From the human T2T-CHM13v2.0 reference genome, Homo sapiens, in assembly GCF_009914755.1 (NCBI RefSeq), contig NC_060927.1: a stretch of 64,000 bases of DNA; one strand, given 5' to 3'. Shown piece by piece: positions 1-19,185 of the stretch (its first letter is position 1; every line of letters begins with the position of its first letter). The translations under genes and the position numbers were made by a program. The notes under the pieces are model-generated. The model was not told the DNA's origin, searched no databases, and saw only the letters and a list, made by a program, of their open reading frames with translations.

Positions 1-342
1 CTTTGAAGATGTAATCAAGTTAAAGTGAAATCATACTGGATTAGGGTGGGCCCTGAATTTAATGATTGCTGTCCTTGAAAGGAGACACAAAGCTATATGA
101 AGATGACAGGAAACACTGGAGTGTGCAGCTACAAGCCAGAGAAAGCCAAGAGTTGCCAGCAACCACAAGAAGCTAGGAGAGAGGCATGGGACAGATTCTT
201 CCTCAGAGTTTCCAGAAGAAATCGACCCCGCTGACGTCTTGATTTCAGATGCCTGGCCTCCTGAACTGCAGGAGAATACATTTTGTTGTTTTAAGCCATG
301 TAGTTTGCAGTAATTCATTACAGCAACCCTGGGAAACTAATA
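1..342 (+). mobile_element. MaLR LTR, MLT1B/C-like (5' part outside window)
   Basis: Typical MLT1 motifs: ggattagggtgggccct, ccagcaaccacaagaagctaggagagaggcatgg, ttgttttaagcca...ggaaactaata end. Confidence 0.8.
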
Positions 343-1278
343 AAACATACATAATTTTTTGGTTCTATTCTTATTACGTATATTTGTGTTCAAAATAAAC
401 ACATTTTTGATTGAAAACTAAACTTTTTACATACTTAAATGTTTTATAAAATCTATTTGAGACTAAAAAGTAGACATTTCATTCAATCTTAGTGTACGAA
501 AGATGGTTTCTTTAATTAAAAACCAAATAATATCATTTTCCTTTTGAAAGCTGTTGTTCTAAAAGTCTTCTGGAAACCTGGAACATGATCCCTACCAAAA
601 AACTAATTAAAAAAAAACACAAACCAAAAATCTAAAAGAGCTCTGATTGCCTAAAATAATTGTCATGTAGGTGTCACAGCTCTGTCCTCTGAACTTAGTT
701 TTTGCAACTTCATTCAATAATTGTTGACTCTTATTTAACAAATATTTCTAACAGATTATTTGCCCATTTCAGGTGATAAATACTGCAGGGGGCTGGAGGC
801 ACCCAAGGCATATATAATAAATGCAAAATTTTCTCTAATCAACCATTAAGAAAGAAAAGTTTGGAAGAAAAAGCTGAACAATTATAGATGTTTATAATCC
901 TAATAATGGTCATCAAGAAAATCTAATTTCATGTTCTGCATCTTCAGATACAAGACATCAGAGAAACTTGTAGGAAAGGGTCTATCGGAACTCATTTTTT
1001 TTTTTAAGTTTTAGGGTACACAACGTGCAGGTTTGTTACATATGTATACATGTGCCATGTTGGTGTGCTGTACTCATTAACTCGTAATTTAAGAGTAGAT
1101 ATATCTCCTAACGCTATCCCTCCCCCCCCCCACCCCACAACAGACCCCAGTGTGTGATGTTCCCCTTCCTGTGTCCATGTGTTCTCATTGTTCAATTCCC
1201 ACCTATGAGTGAGAACATATGGTGTTTGGTTTTTTGTCCTTAAAATAGTTTGCTGAGAATGATGGTTTCCAGCTTCAT

Positions 1279-5344
<4,066 letters not shown>

Positions 5345-5407
5345 TATGATGTTAGCTGGTTATTTTGCTCATTAGTTGATGCAGTTTCTTCCTAGCCTCG
5401 ATGGTCT

Positions 5408-6427
5408 TTACAATTTGGCATGTTTTTGCAGTGGCTGGTACCGGTTGTTCCTTTCCATGTTTAGTGCTTCCTTCAGGAGCTCTTTTAGGGCAGGCCTGGT
5501 GGTGACAAAATCTCTCAGCATTTGCTTGTTTGTAAAGGATTTTATTTCTCCTTCACTTATGAAGCTTAGTTTGGCTGGATATGAAATTCTAGGTTGAAAA
5601 TTCTTTTCTTTAAGAATGTTGAATATTGGCCCCAACTCTCTTCTGGCTTATAGAGTTTCTGCTGAGAGATCAGCTGTTAGTCTGATGGGCTTCCCTTTGT
5701 GGGTAACTCGACCTTTCTCTCTGGCTGAGCTTGACATTTTTTCCTTCATTTCAACTTTGGTGACTCTGACAATTATGTGTCTTGGAGTTGCTCTTCTCGA
5801 GGAGTATCTTTGTGATGTTCTCTGTATTTCCTGAATCTGAATGTTGGCCTGCCGTGCTAGATTGGGAAAGTTCTCCTGGATAATAATATCCTGTAGAGTG
5901 TTTTCCAACTTGGTTCCATTCTCCCAGTCAGTTTCAGGTGCACCAGTCAGACGTAGATTTGGCCTTTTCACATAGTCCCATATTTCTTGGAGGCTTTGTT
6001 CATTTCTTTTTATTCTTTTTTCTTTAAACTTCTCTTCTCGCTTCATTTTGCTCATTTGATCTTCCGTCACTGATACCCTTTCTTGCAGTTCATCAAATCA
6101 GCTACTGAGGCTTGTGCATTTATCAAGTAGTTCTCATGCTGTGGTTTTCAGCTCCATCAGGTCCTTTAACGACTTCTCTGCATTGGTTATTCTAGTTATC
6201 CATTTGTCTAATCTTTTTTCAATGTGTTTAACTTCTTTGCCATGGGTTTGAACTTTCTCTTTTAGCTTGGAGTAGTTTGATCGTCTGAAGCCTTCTTCTC
6301 TCAACGCATCAAAGTCATTCTCCATCCGGCTTTGTTCCCTTGCTGGTGAGGAGCTGTGTTCCTTTGGATGAGAAGAGGGGCTCTGAGTTTTAGCATTTTC
6401 AGTTTTTCTGCTCTGTTTTTTCCCCAT
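5408..6427 (-). pseudogene. L1 ORF1p, frameshifted into at least 3 pieces
   Basis: ORF track 6134-6427 (MGKKQSRKT...), 5648-6070 (EQSLQEIWDYVKRPNLR) and 5408-5635 (NFQPRISYPAKLSF...HAKL) match ORF1p. Confidence 0.92.
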
Positions 6428-7000
6428 CTTTGTGGTTTTATCTACCTTTGGTCTTTGATGATGGTGATGTACAGATGGGGTTTTGGTGTTGGTGTCCTTT
6501 CTGTTTGTTAGTTTTCCTTCTAACAGTCAGGACCCTCAGCTGCAGGTCTGTTGGAGTTTGCTGGAGGTCCACTCCAGACCCTGTTTGCCTGGGTATCAGC
6601 AGTGGAGGCTGCAGAACAGTGGATATTGATGAACAGCAGATGTTGCTGTCAGATCATTCCTCTGGAAGTTTGGTCTCAGAGGAGTACCCGCCCATGTGAG
6701 GTGTCAGTCTGCCCTACTGGGGGGTGCCTCCCAGTTAGGCTACTTGGGGGTCAGGGACCCACTTGAGGAGGCAGTCTGTACATTCTCAAATCTCAAACTG
6801 TGTGCGGGAGAACCGCTATTCTCTTCAAAGCTGTCAGACAGGGACATTTAAGTCTGCAGAGGTTTCTGCTGCCTTTTGTTTGGCTATGCCCTGCCCCCAG
6901 AGGTGGAGTCTACAGAGGCAGGCAGGCCTCCTTGAGCTGTGGTGGGCTCCACCCAGTTTGAGCTTCCTGGCCAGTTTGTTTACCTACTCAAGCCTCGGCA

Positions 7001-7246
7001 ATGGCAGGCGTCCCTCCCCCAGCCTCGCTGCCACCTTGCAGTTTGATCTCAGACTGCTGTGCTAGCAATGAGCAAGGCTCCGTGGGCATAGGACCCTCCA
7101 AGCCAGGCACGGGATACAGTCTCCTGATGTGCCGTTTGCTAAGACTGTTGGAAAAGCGCAGTATTAGGGTGGGAGTGACCCAGTTTTCCAGGTGCTGTCT
7201 GTCACCCCTTTCCTTTGCTAGGAAAGGGAATTCCCTGACCCCTTGA
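7001..7246 (+). CDS. L1 ORF0 (antisense 5'UTR ORF), open, 81 aa
   Basis: MAGVPPPASLPPCSLISDCCASN...RVGVTQFSRC matches the primate L1 ORF0 peptide; good Kozak context gcaATGG. Expression from this copy is unknown. Confidence 0.7.
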   Translation: MAGVPPPASLPPCSLISDCCASNEQGSVGIGPSKPGTGYSLLMCRLLRLLEKRSIRVGVTQFSRCCLSPLSFARKGNSLTP

Positions 7247-9439
7247 ACTTCCTGGGTGAGGCGATGCCTCGCTCTGCTTCGGCTCACACTCGGTGCGCTG
7301 CAGCCACTGTCCTGCACCCACTGTCCAACAATCCCCAGTGAGATGAACCCGGTACCTCAGTTGGAAATGCGGAAATCATTCATCTTCTTCATTGCTCACA
7401 TTGGGAGCTGTAGACTGGAGCTGTTCCTATTCGGCCATCTTGGTTCCACCCCTCTCTATTGGAACTCTTAAATATAAACATTTTAAAACTGCGTCTTAAG
7501 AAAAAAAAAAAACCTTCAATCATAGTGGACACTTTACTTCTATGTAGCACACATTATCCTTCAGTCCTGATTACAAGTGTTACTTTAGCTGCGAAAAAAT
7601 AATATTTAATTTTGGAAACAATTTTTTAATTAATTTGTTCTTATTTAGAAAATTCTTATGAATGTAAATGGGCTTGTCTGTGATCTGTGTTGATATTTAA
7701 GGTGCTTACATAACCATATGGAAAATGAGATGAAAATTCCTGTTTACATTTCTTGAACATTTTACATATTTTTTAAAGTTCAAATTTTTTAATGTTAAGA
7801 GTGTTCTTGTTTATAACGCACATAAATATGTTTCTCAGAAAAGTAATTTTAATAAATGTCTGTTTGCTTGAATTAAAAGGCAATGCTTTGAATTCAGCTT
7901 CTTAGTACGGTACTGGGAGCTTGGGAACTACCTGAGGGAAAGCAAGCCATTAAGCCATCTTCCTTGAGGCTAACTAGTAGCTAGTTACCAGTTCATGAAT
8001 CGGAGATTTGGTTATCTTTGCAGACCTGTAGACTAACATGTGAAATCTTAACTGTTTTTTTTTCTTTTCCTCTAGAAGCTCAGCCACCACCTCAAGAATT
8101 TTATACTAGTGGCCTTGCAAACAAATTTCGTTGACATATGGTTTTTTCAGCCATATCCAACACTTTAAAATTTGTTTACATTTGAATGCCTTTAAGCAAG
8201 GTGGGCATTACTAATTCTCCTCAGTCCCCACTGTTCTCTGTTTTATGCAGGCCTTTTTGTCCATGTACATTTTCTGTCTGGTCTCCTAAAACATCTGAAT
8301 TTTCCTCTGGCTACAACGTAGCCTCTAATTTACAGTTAGTGACAAAAGTTGCCAGTTTTATCTACAATGGCAGTATTTGATCTTGCTACTTGGAGTTTCA
8401 AATGATGATGAAAATTCAACCGTGTGGATTAATTTTCCTTGAGTCAAAGGATCACCAGAAAAGCCTTAGGCTATCCTAGCAGACCTCCACATGCCTCACA
8501 AAACTGGCTAAGAAAGGACACACACAATGAGCATTTCTCGGATTCCTTTCTGTTCCTTCCAGCATTTGATACCATATCATTGAAGCAACTAAATTTGCTG
8601 AATATAAACTGTTTCAGACCATGCCAGTAGCACTTCTGAGCCAGTAATGCAGGGATAGTTATTTGGTTTATGACGTCTGGCCCATTGTGGGATGTAACCT
8701 GGTGCAGTCATCTTGAGAATATTGCAGGAGAAAGTAGAGCGTAGGATTTAACATTGAAAATTAGAAGTTGATCCTACTTCTTAGACAAAATTGAGATTGA
8801 CAAAATTGAGGTTTATCTACATAAACCCTTAAACAAAGATGTGGTTCTGAATCAAAATTAGGGAACCGGGGGAGAAAAAAATGAAGTTGAGGATTTTGTC
8901 CTGTTTAATTTCTTAAAGGAAAAGAACATAAGAAAGAAAGATAGAATCAGCTCTCTTCCTGTGCTCTTTTGGGCTGGTTGCTGGCTAGCACCATTTTGGC
9001 CACACATTTTCTTGAAAGGGCAGTTTCTGTGCGTTCTATAACTTCTGAGATCCTTTACTACTTAACTGTGGTTCAAAGGCCTCGAACCACTGAATTTTCC
9101 ATGGGCTGGTAAACCAAGCATTTCTTGACAAGTCCTTTCAGAATTAGAAGTAGGTTCTCTATAAAAGGCTGGCTTCAGATCATTTCTTCATTTTTAGGTT
9201 TGACTTGTTCTGTGTGAAAAGTTGGCTAGTTAAATTAGATCACAGATTAGTTGAAACAGACCCCCTTGCAATGTGTTTGCATTAAGAATCTTTTCTGTGG
9301 CAGCTCTCCCAGTGGTTTGTTGGAATAATCACACAATGACTTTGGGTTCGTTTCAAAAACAAGAAGTGACCACTAAGAGCTTCAGGTTTTTGCCTAAGAG
9401 TTACATATTTCAGCTATGTGATAGCCAGAATATAGCCTC

Positions 9440-11575
9440 AAAAATACTTCATTTAATAAGTGAGTTCATCAACGTCACAGGATACAAGGTCAGCATAAAA
9501 AAAACCAAAAACATTTCTGTATACTAACATTGAACATATAGAAACTAACATTAAAACTATAATATATAACACTGCTGTAAAGAAAGCTAAATACTTAGGT
9601 ATGCACTTAACAAAACATCTACAGTATTTATATGCTTAAAATTACAAATGCTGAAGAATGAAATCAAAGATAACCTAAATAACTGGAGAGACATACAGTG
9701 TTCATGGATAGAAAGACTGGAAATATTAATGGTACATGTCTCCCCAAACTGATCTATATGTTTAATACAATTCATATCCAAATACCAGCAAGGTTTTTCA
9801 TAGACATAGATAAGCTTATTCTAAAATGTATATGGCGAGGCACACATCCTAAAATATCTAAATCCTGGCACAATCCTGGCACAGAAGAATAAAGTGAAAG
9901 GAATTACTTACCTGATCTGAAGGCTTACTATAGAGCTACAGTAATGAAGAAAGTACAATGAATTAATTAGTAAATTAGTATTAATTAGAAAGTACAATGA
10001 GTATTAATGAAGGGATAGGCACGTAGAGCAGTGGAACACAAGACAGAAACAGACTCACACAAATATGCCCACGTGACTTCAGACAAATGTGCCAAACCAA
10101 TTCAGTAGAAAAAGGGTATCCTTTTCAATGAACATTGCTGGAGTAATTAGGCATTCTCAGGCAGAACAAAGTGTATCTAAACCTCACACCTTATACAAAA
10201 ATTAACTGAAAATGGATCATATTCTTAATTGTAAAACACAAAACTATAAAACTTTTTTAGAAAAACATGTAGGAGAAAAATCTCTAGGATCTAAAGGCTA
10301 AGCTAAGCATTCTTAAACTTGACAACAGAAACATAATCCATAAAACGAAAACTTAATAATGCTCCAAAATTATAAACTGTTGTTCTTTTAAGCCCCTGTG
10401 CAAAAAATGAAAGACAAGTTACAGACCCAGAGAAAATATTTGCAAACTATATATCCAACAAAAGACAGTTATCGAATACAAGTTAAAAAAAACTTTCAAA
10501 ACTCAACAGTAAATAAATGAGCAATAAAATTGGAAAATGGGTAAAAGATATAAGCAGATATTTTACAGAAGAGGATACACAAAGGCAGATGAACACATAG
10601 AACACTTAAACATATGTTTGACATGGTTAACCAACAAGGAAATGCAAATTAAAACCACAATGATATATTACTACAGACTTATCAGAATGACATTTAAAAA
10701 AAATACAACATGAATGCTGGTGAGGATGTGGAGAAACTGTACCACTTACACATTGCTTTGCTGATGAGAATGTAAAATGGTATAGCCACTATGGAAAATA
10801 GTACTGCAGTTTCTAAAAACACTAAACATGCAACTACCATATGACCCAGCAATTGCACTCCCAGGCCTTATCCCACAGAAATGAAATTTATGCTCACACA
10901 AAAACCTGTGCATAAATGTTCACAGCAGCTCTATTTGTAATAGCCCCAAACTGGAACTGGCTCAGATTTCCCTCAACAGGTGAATAGTTGAACCAACAGT
11001 GATACATACTATGTGGTACCTACATAGCATGGAATACTACTCAGCAATTAGAAGGGAGAAATGATTGATAATGTGTAAGAACCTGGATGGATCTCCAAGG
11101 AATAATGCTAAGTGAAAAACTCATCCCCTAAAGGTTACATATAATACAATTCCATTTATGTAGCATTTTTGAAATAAGATTTTAAAAGGTGGGGTGTGGA
11201 CATTGCCAGGAGTGAGGTATGGGAGTGGGTAGAGGGTAGGTGTGGCTAAGAAAGGGCAACAGGAGAGATCTTGTGGTGGTGGATGGTAATGGAACTGTTC
11301 AACATCTTCACTGTGGTGGTGGATGCAGAAACCTACACGGCTGATAACATTATACTTAATACACACCACTCATACACAAACAAATACAAGTATAACTGGG
11401 GAAATCAGAATCAGATCAGTGGATCATATCAATATCTGTATATTAATTGTGATATTATACTATAGTTTTACAAAATACTACCATTGGGCAAGGCTGGGTA
11501 AAGTGTACAAGGGATCTTTCTGCAATATTTCTTGCAACCACAAGTGAATCTACAGTGACCTCAAAAGAAATTTCA
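9440..11575 (+). mobile_element. Old L1 (L1MC-like), 3' ORF2 plus 3'UTR
   Basis: Degenerate ORF2 (LPKLIYMFNTIHIQIP), aaatgcaaattaaaaccacaatg, gacccagcaattgcactc, L1MC-type 3' end. Confidence 0.85.
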
Positions 11576-12384
11576 CTGGGGAAGAAAAAGATAATTTGAA
11601 ACCAAGATTTAACAAGGTCCACATAAATGCAAATTTAGGAACTGGAAAGGTAGGTAATTAATTAAAAGATCTTTGATAAAAGTGAGGCCAATATGAGATA
11701 TTGTCTTGTAAGTCATTATGACAATTTTATAACTGAGGGAAGATTTAACCGGCACCTGGTTTAAAACTCTGGCCTCAAAGTGATGTACTACAGGAATATT
11801 TAAAACTTGTCATCTTTCTCCTAGTTTGTTGCTTGTAATGATGTGATTCAGATCTCTGCCTGGTCAAACCAAAAATGCAAACATGAACCAATAGGTCAAC
11901 CTACAAGAACATAAACCACCTACTTTCATTTGGATATTCAGGCACAAATTGATAAAAATGACACTTCTCTATGTTATTCCTCTTCTAACGAGTATGGAAA
12001 AGATTTGATGTTGAGATTTCTGACTGTAACTTCGTGCTGCAGTCTCTCTGAATCTGGTCATTTAGGGAGAAGTCTCCATTCTTCCCTGGTGAAATTGATC
12101 TTGACACTCTTTCTTTTAGTAGATATTAATAGACCACCTACAGCCATGTGCCCAGCACTGAGCTGGGTTGACCTCAACCTCCCCTTTCCAACCCCTGCAA
12201 AAGGCCATATCCCCAGACCCTGCAAGGGAGCTAGCCTTTCAAGTGTTCTGTGTTGCTTTAAGGATAGATACCTAAATAAAGACATTTTTTAAGTCCCAAA
12301 GAAAGCCTTCTGCTCATCCATATTGAGCATTAAACTATGAAGTGTGGCTGGTTGGACATCACAAGTACGTTGAACAATAGCAAT

Positions 12385-12640
12385 CCTGATAATAATAGCA
12401 GCTCACATTTATTTAGTCCTCAACTTGTGCCAGCCACTGTACTAAGCAGGACAGTCATCTCGTCTGCTTCCACCCTTCAGGAACCATTTTGATTCTCATT
12501 TGACAGATGAAGAGGCTGAGACTTGTAACAACTAAGTATCTGGTACACAACCACACAGCTAGGAAAGAGCATGGCTGAAATGAAAACCAGCAATCTGACC
12601 CCAGAGCCCAAGCTTTTGACCACCATAATATGCTGTCTGC
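12385..12640 (-). mobile_element. MIR
   Basis: catttgacagatgaagaggctgag core, ccacacagctag. Confidence 0.7.
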
Positions 12641-12949
12641 AGGTTTTCTAAAGGAGCTTCACAACTGTCTGTTTTTCTGAGGATGTGTTTTGCTTTGGGG
12701 TGGGTTCTGACAGTATCATTTCAATAAACCCTAAATGATGCTGAGGGCTCTCATTTATCAACACAGGTGCAACTGTACCTCCTCTCTCAATACTCCACTA
12801 AGGATTGGTTTGAAATCTCCCTGCGGTGTTGTTTTGTCATGGGCTTCATTGCTCTTGGCATGGTTTGGATTCTTTCTTAGAAAACCCACCTATCAGACAG
12901 CAGAATTTATACAGGCTGGACAAAGCCTCAGGGAAAAAACTACTTTCTT

Positions 12950-14158
<1,209 letters not shown>

Positions 14159-15514
14159 TCATCCAATTGATGAGGCAGAAAGAGTGTTCCAGCCTTGCCT
14201 AAGCATGCATGTAACCCCCAGAAAGAAAAATCATGGCCAGACAAGGCGGAGAAAGCTACTCAGTATGCCTGACATGTGGTCAACAAAGTTTGCCATGTCA
14301 CTCAATTTTCATTACTGCAAGAAGCCATGTGCTAGTGTCAGGCCTACTGTCTTCCTACTCAATACCCAAATTAACCTGTACGTATGTTTGCAATACTGCC
14401 TTGGTTAACTAATATTGATTGAGAACCTGCTTGTGCCAAGACAAAGGTACTATCCTCAAAGAGTTTATGTTCAAGTAACAGGTGATCCTCAATTGTGGCA
14501 GCTTGAAAATTCAATCATTGGTTCATTCGTCCGGCCAACCAATTTTACTGAGCAGCTACCCTCTTCTAGGCACATTACTCAGCCTTGAAGATAAAGTGAT
14601 GAACCAAACAAAAATCCCAGAATAGATGGGGTTGAGAGACAGTAGGAAAAATAAGCAAAATATAGAATGTGTTGAGTAATGATAAATGCTAAGGAGAAGA
14701 AACTAAGGAAGGGGGATAGGAATAGGGTGGGAATTATAATTTTAGATAAATTACACAGACATTCAGGGTATCATTTACTAGTACTCTATTTTAAAAATCA
14801 TAAATGTGGTTCAAATGTGGAGGGTCTTCCTCACTTGAAGTTAAACCATTCCCCTTAAGAGAAGGTTAACAGTGAATGTTAATTCTCAGCTCTCCAGATC
14901 TCTGCCTTAAATAGGAACAGTCTTTTTATATTAAAACATGAGGACAGTAGCCTTTGGAAAAGATGTGCAATCTAATTAAAATGGAGAGATTAGCTGCCCT
15001 CGGAATATTTGCAAAGCCTAGAAAGGTAATTTAGTGAAATGTATACAATTTTATCTGGCTTTAATTTTTAATGAGATAGTTTATAATGTGTCCCTATTTT
15101 TCTCATTTACCTGAATTGGCCAAACTGTGAAGCTGTTTACAAACAGACAGTGTTCCAAGACCAGGGTGGGGATCAAGGTCTTGAGATAAAGGGCCCATTA
15201 ATTGATACAAGACAGAAATTCCATGCCTGCCTATCAAATACTACCTTTCAGCTTGGGTAGAAATAAGTTCCCCATCTGAGACTCTGAAGCCAGAAATACC
15301 TGAAAAATCTAAGCTGTGCCAGAAAATATACTCCAGGGTGAGTTAAACACTCACTGTAGTCGGACGGATTCTGACCCATGAGCATAAGAGGTGCCTTGAT
15401 ACCCATAGCAGCTGTTACACATTTTTAAATAAAAGATGTTTTCTTTATATCATGCTGAAACACTATTTGCTATGGGCTGTGCCACAACATTTTTAAAATG
15501 TTAATGAACAAATT

Positions 15515-15862
15515 CCCCCTCCTTCCAGGCATAGGACAGTTTCACGCTTTCTCCTTGTCTTTCAAGGTAGGCATGGCCAGATGTTTTGCCTTGACCAATG
15601 GAATGTAGATGGAGATTTTAGGTGTCATTGCCAGAGTGAAGCTTTAGAAGCCTGTGCATAAGTCACAGTTTCCTTGTTCCAAAATTGGCCATCCTAGGGC
15701 AAGATGCATCAGTCTGACTTCCTAGGTGGCTGGAAGGAGCCAAGACCCTGCTGAGCCGCACTGGACACGTAGCATGAGTGACATTCAAAGCCTCGTTGTA
15801 TTAAGCCACTGATATCTGGAGGCATGTTGGTTACCGCAACTTGCCCTAGCATATTCTGCCTG
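15515..15862 (+). mobile_element. MLT1 (J/I-like) LTR
   Basis: ttgaccaatggaatg...ttaagccactga...ttgttaccgca-like motifs. Confidence 0.6.
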
Positions 15863-16423
15863 GATCTGGAATAAGGAATATAAAGAAATAAATGAGAAAC
15901 CAGTACCTACAGAGGAATCCTTTGGATTAAGTGATTTGAAAAGGATGACATGTAAAGGGTGTTAAATTACTCCGCGGAGATGTGTTCGAGGCAATGGGTG
16001 GTTAAACTGGCCTGTGTTTGTCTCTCTGCCTTTCTGCGTTTCACATAGGCTTTGGGCAGGGCACTTAATGTTTCTGAGTCTCAGTTTCCTCTTTTGTGAA
16101 GTGATGGCATTTGTAATATGTTATAGCTCCAAATATAAGGGCCTGGACCTTACTAGGAACTCAGAATATGTTATTTCCCTTCCTGGTGTTGTTTCCTTTG
16201 TTTTCGTAGCTAAGCAGTTCAGCTTGGTTATAAGAACAGAAAGCCTAATAATGCTCTTAAGCTTCAAAAGGCAGTTAGATTGCATCCCAAGATGAGCAAA
16301 TTTAAAAGAGGGAAGAAAGTGAAACAAAATCCCAAGAACTGGTTTATTTATCGTGAGCAATTACATCTTCAATATATTAGAAGATAGGTTTTCAGCTTAG
16401 AAGGTAAATAAAAGGCTAAATAA

Positions 16424-16858
<435 letters not shown>

Positions 16859-16943
16859 TAGAATCATCTGAGAGGGTTTTTCAAATGGTGGCTGCTTCCT
16901 CCCACCACCCCTCCCCCAAATCTGACTTGCCCCTCAGAGAGCT

Positions 16944-17365
16944 TGTATCAGTCGGGATAGGTGATGCTGTAGTAAAACAAAACAGCAACAACAAGGAGAG
17001 AACAAAAACCTCATCAGTGAATTTCATCTCAGTGGCTTACAAGGTGTACTGTTTCCTTGCATGACCTGCCCATCATGGCTTGGCCGCATCTCTGCTCCCC
17101 AGCACCTTCACTTTAGGACCTGAGCTAAGGGATTTGTCTCTATCTGAAACACCACCCATCCCATGAGAGAAGGAAAGGGTGACATGGTAAACCCCACACA
17201 GACTCACAGACTTTTATGCTTCTAGCCAGAGGGGACAGATCACCTCTAGTCTCATTGCACTGGCCAGAGAAGATTACATAGCAAAGCCTGACGCCAGTGG
17301 GGAGAAGGAAGGATAACCTTGCCCAGAGAGAGGTGGCAAGAATCTGTGAACAGTAATCAAGCTAA
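16944..17365 (-). mobile_element. MLT1 (J-like) LTR
   Basis: tgtatcagtcgggatagg...ctcagtggctta...cattgcactggccaga motifs. Confidence 0.6.
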
Positions 17366-18769
17366 TCACCCCAGAGGGTGCGGCACTCCCCATCATGCTT
17401 CTGCAGTGAGTGCCTCCATCATGGATAGGGGGATGGAGGGTGAGGGTGGGGGTGTCATAGGCATTGGCTATGCCAGAGCAGAAACAAAGGGTGAAAAACA
17501 ACTTGAATCTATGCCCTCCCTTCTAGCTATAACTCTTTACTAAATGATGAAAACACTGTAAAAATAATAAAAGTGGATGTTTTTGCCAAGCCACGCTTAG
17601 AACTTGGTTTTCCTCCTCAGCCATCCAAGATTTTCTTCTCTTTTAATACCACACTCTTTTTGTAAATCAACAAATAAAAATACCACACTTTTGACAGGTA
17701 GTTGATAGAACTCACTTGGTTAGGAATCCTCAAGAATGATTTATGTCAGACTAAAGAAAGGGCATGCTATTGTTTTGTCTATTTGACATGAAACCACAAG
17801 TTAACTCATTCCAAAGAGCTTTCAGTTGGGCAGGAAAACTAGATGCAGTGATTGTGTACTAAGCTATTAGGGCACAATAATCCATGTGATAACCTCACTT
17901 TTCCTCACCTTTGCACAGATGTGTGAATATACTGAAGTTATAGCCTCAAATCTCCCCAGTTTATCATATTCATCCTCTGCCTGAATGCTATTTCTGTCTT
18001 GATTAGTTTAAACCAATGGCGTGGATTGAGGTCAAATATTGGAAGCCAAGTCACAGTGTAGGTTGAAGGGATTTCTCCTTGTAGTTTTAACCCTAATGAG
18101 AAGGAAATGACCTTATCCATGCTTTTAAAGCTATGTAGGCAGGAATCCAACAAAAGAAGAGTATTTTTTTAAATAACATTACCAATGCCTTTATATCACT
18201 AAATGAAGTTATTAAGCTGAAAATCATTAAATATTGATTGAGTCACTGATTGGTTGCATTTCTTTTGTCATATTTTACTTTGCAAAAGATCTGTAAGCAA
18301 AATGTGCCATTTCCCCCAGCTAAAGTGTCTTGGTAGAAGCACAGGTCAGCAGGATGCTCTTTAGCGCATCTCAGAGCTTCCCAGCACCCATTAACACAAT
18401 TTGGCTGAAGGAACTTCATTATGTGCCCCCAACAACATTTTGGCTCTAGGTCTCTCTTCATCATGCACCATCTGATTCAAGTTCTAGTTATTGCTAATTC
18501 AGTTAATGGGTTGAAATACTGCTTTTCCCTCTATCAAGGCGCTCTATGCTATGAACATTTAAATCTTCCTGTCATCTCTGGGTTGGACAATCATCATCCG
18601 CTTTGCAGTTCACAACTGAAAGATAACCAATCCTCAAACACTACTGCCAAGAGCGTCTGAGAAGTCTTGTTTTGTCCCAGTTTATGAAATAGTTCATCTT
18701 GAACATCTGATGTAATATAGTGGAATCTCATGTCTGTAAAAACACTGTTGCTAGCAGTGAGTGTGCTTA

Positions 18770-19185
18770 ACTTATTTTCTGTATCACTGCAATGCCATTA
18801 TCGCAGCTAACAAAATTAACAATGATTCCTTTGCATCATCTAATATGCAGTTCACGTTCAAGTTTTCCTTCTTGTCTCAAATGTCTCTCTGCACTTCATT
18901 TGTAGGAATCGGAATCCAAACAGGGTCCATTGCATTTGGTGAATTTCCCACATTCTGGATGTGGCTGATGGTTTCCTCATGGTATCATTTCATTCGTTCC
19001 TCTATCTTTCTAATTTCCTGTAGGCAGATCATAAGATCTAGAGACTTTATTAAATTCTGGTAAAATTTTATTTTTGGCAGGAATCCTTCAGAGGTGGGGA
19101 TTGTGTATTTCTTCTTGCATTACCTCAGGATGCACATGATTTCTGTTTGTTCCTCTTTATCGATGCTAAGATTGATCAGTATTGT
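18770..19185 (-). mobile_element. Old L1M 3' fragment
   Basis: aaaattaacaatgattcc...ccattgcatttggt motifs typical of L1ME/MC 3' ends. Confidence 0.55.
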
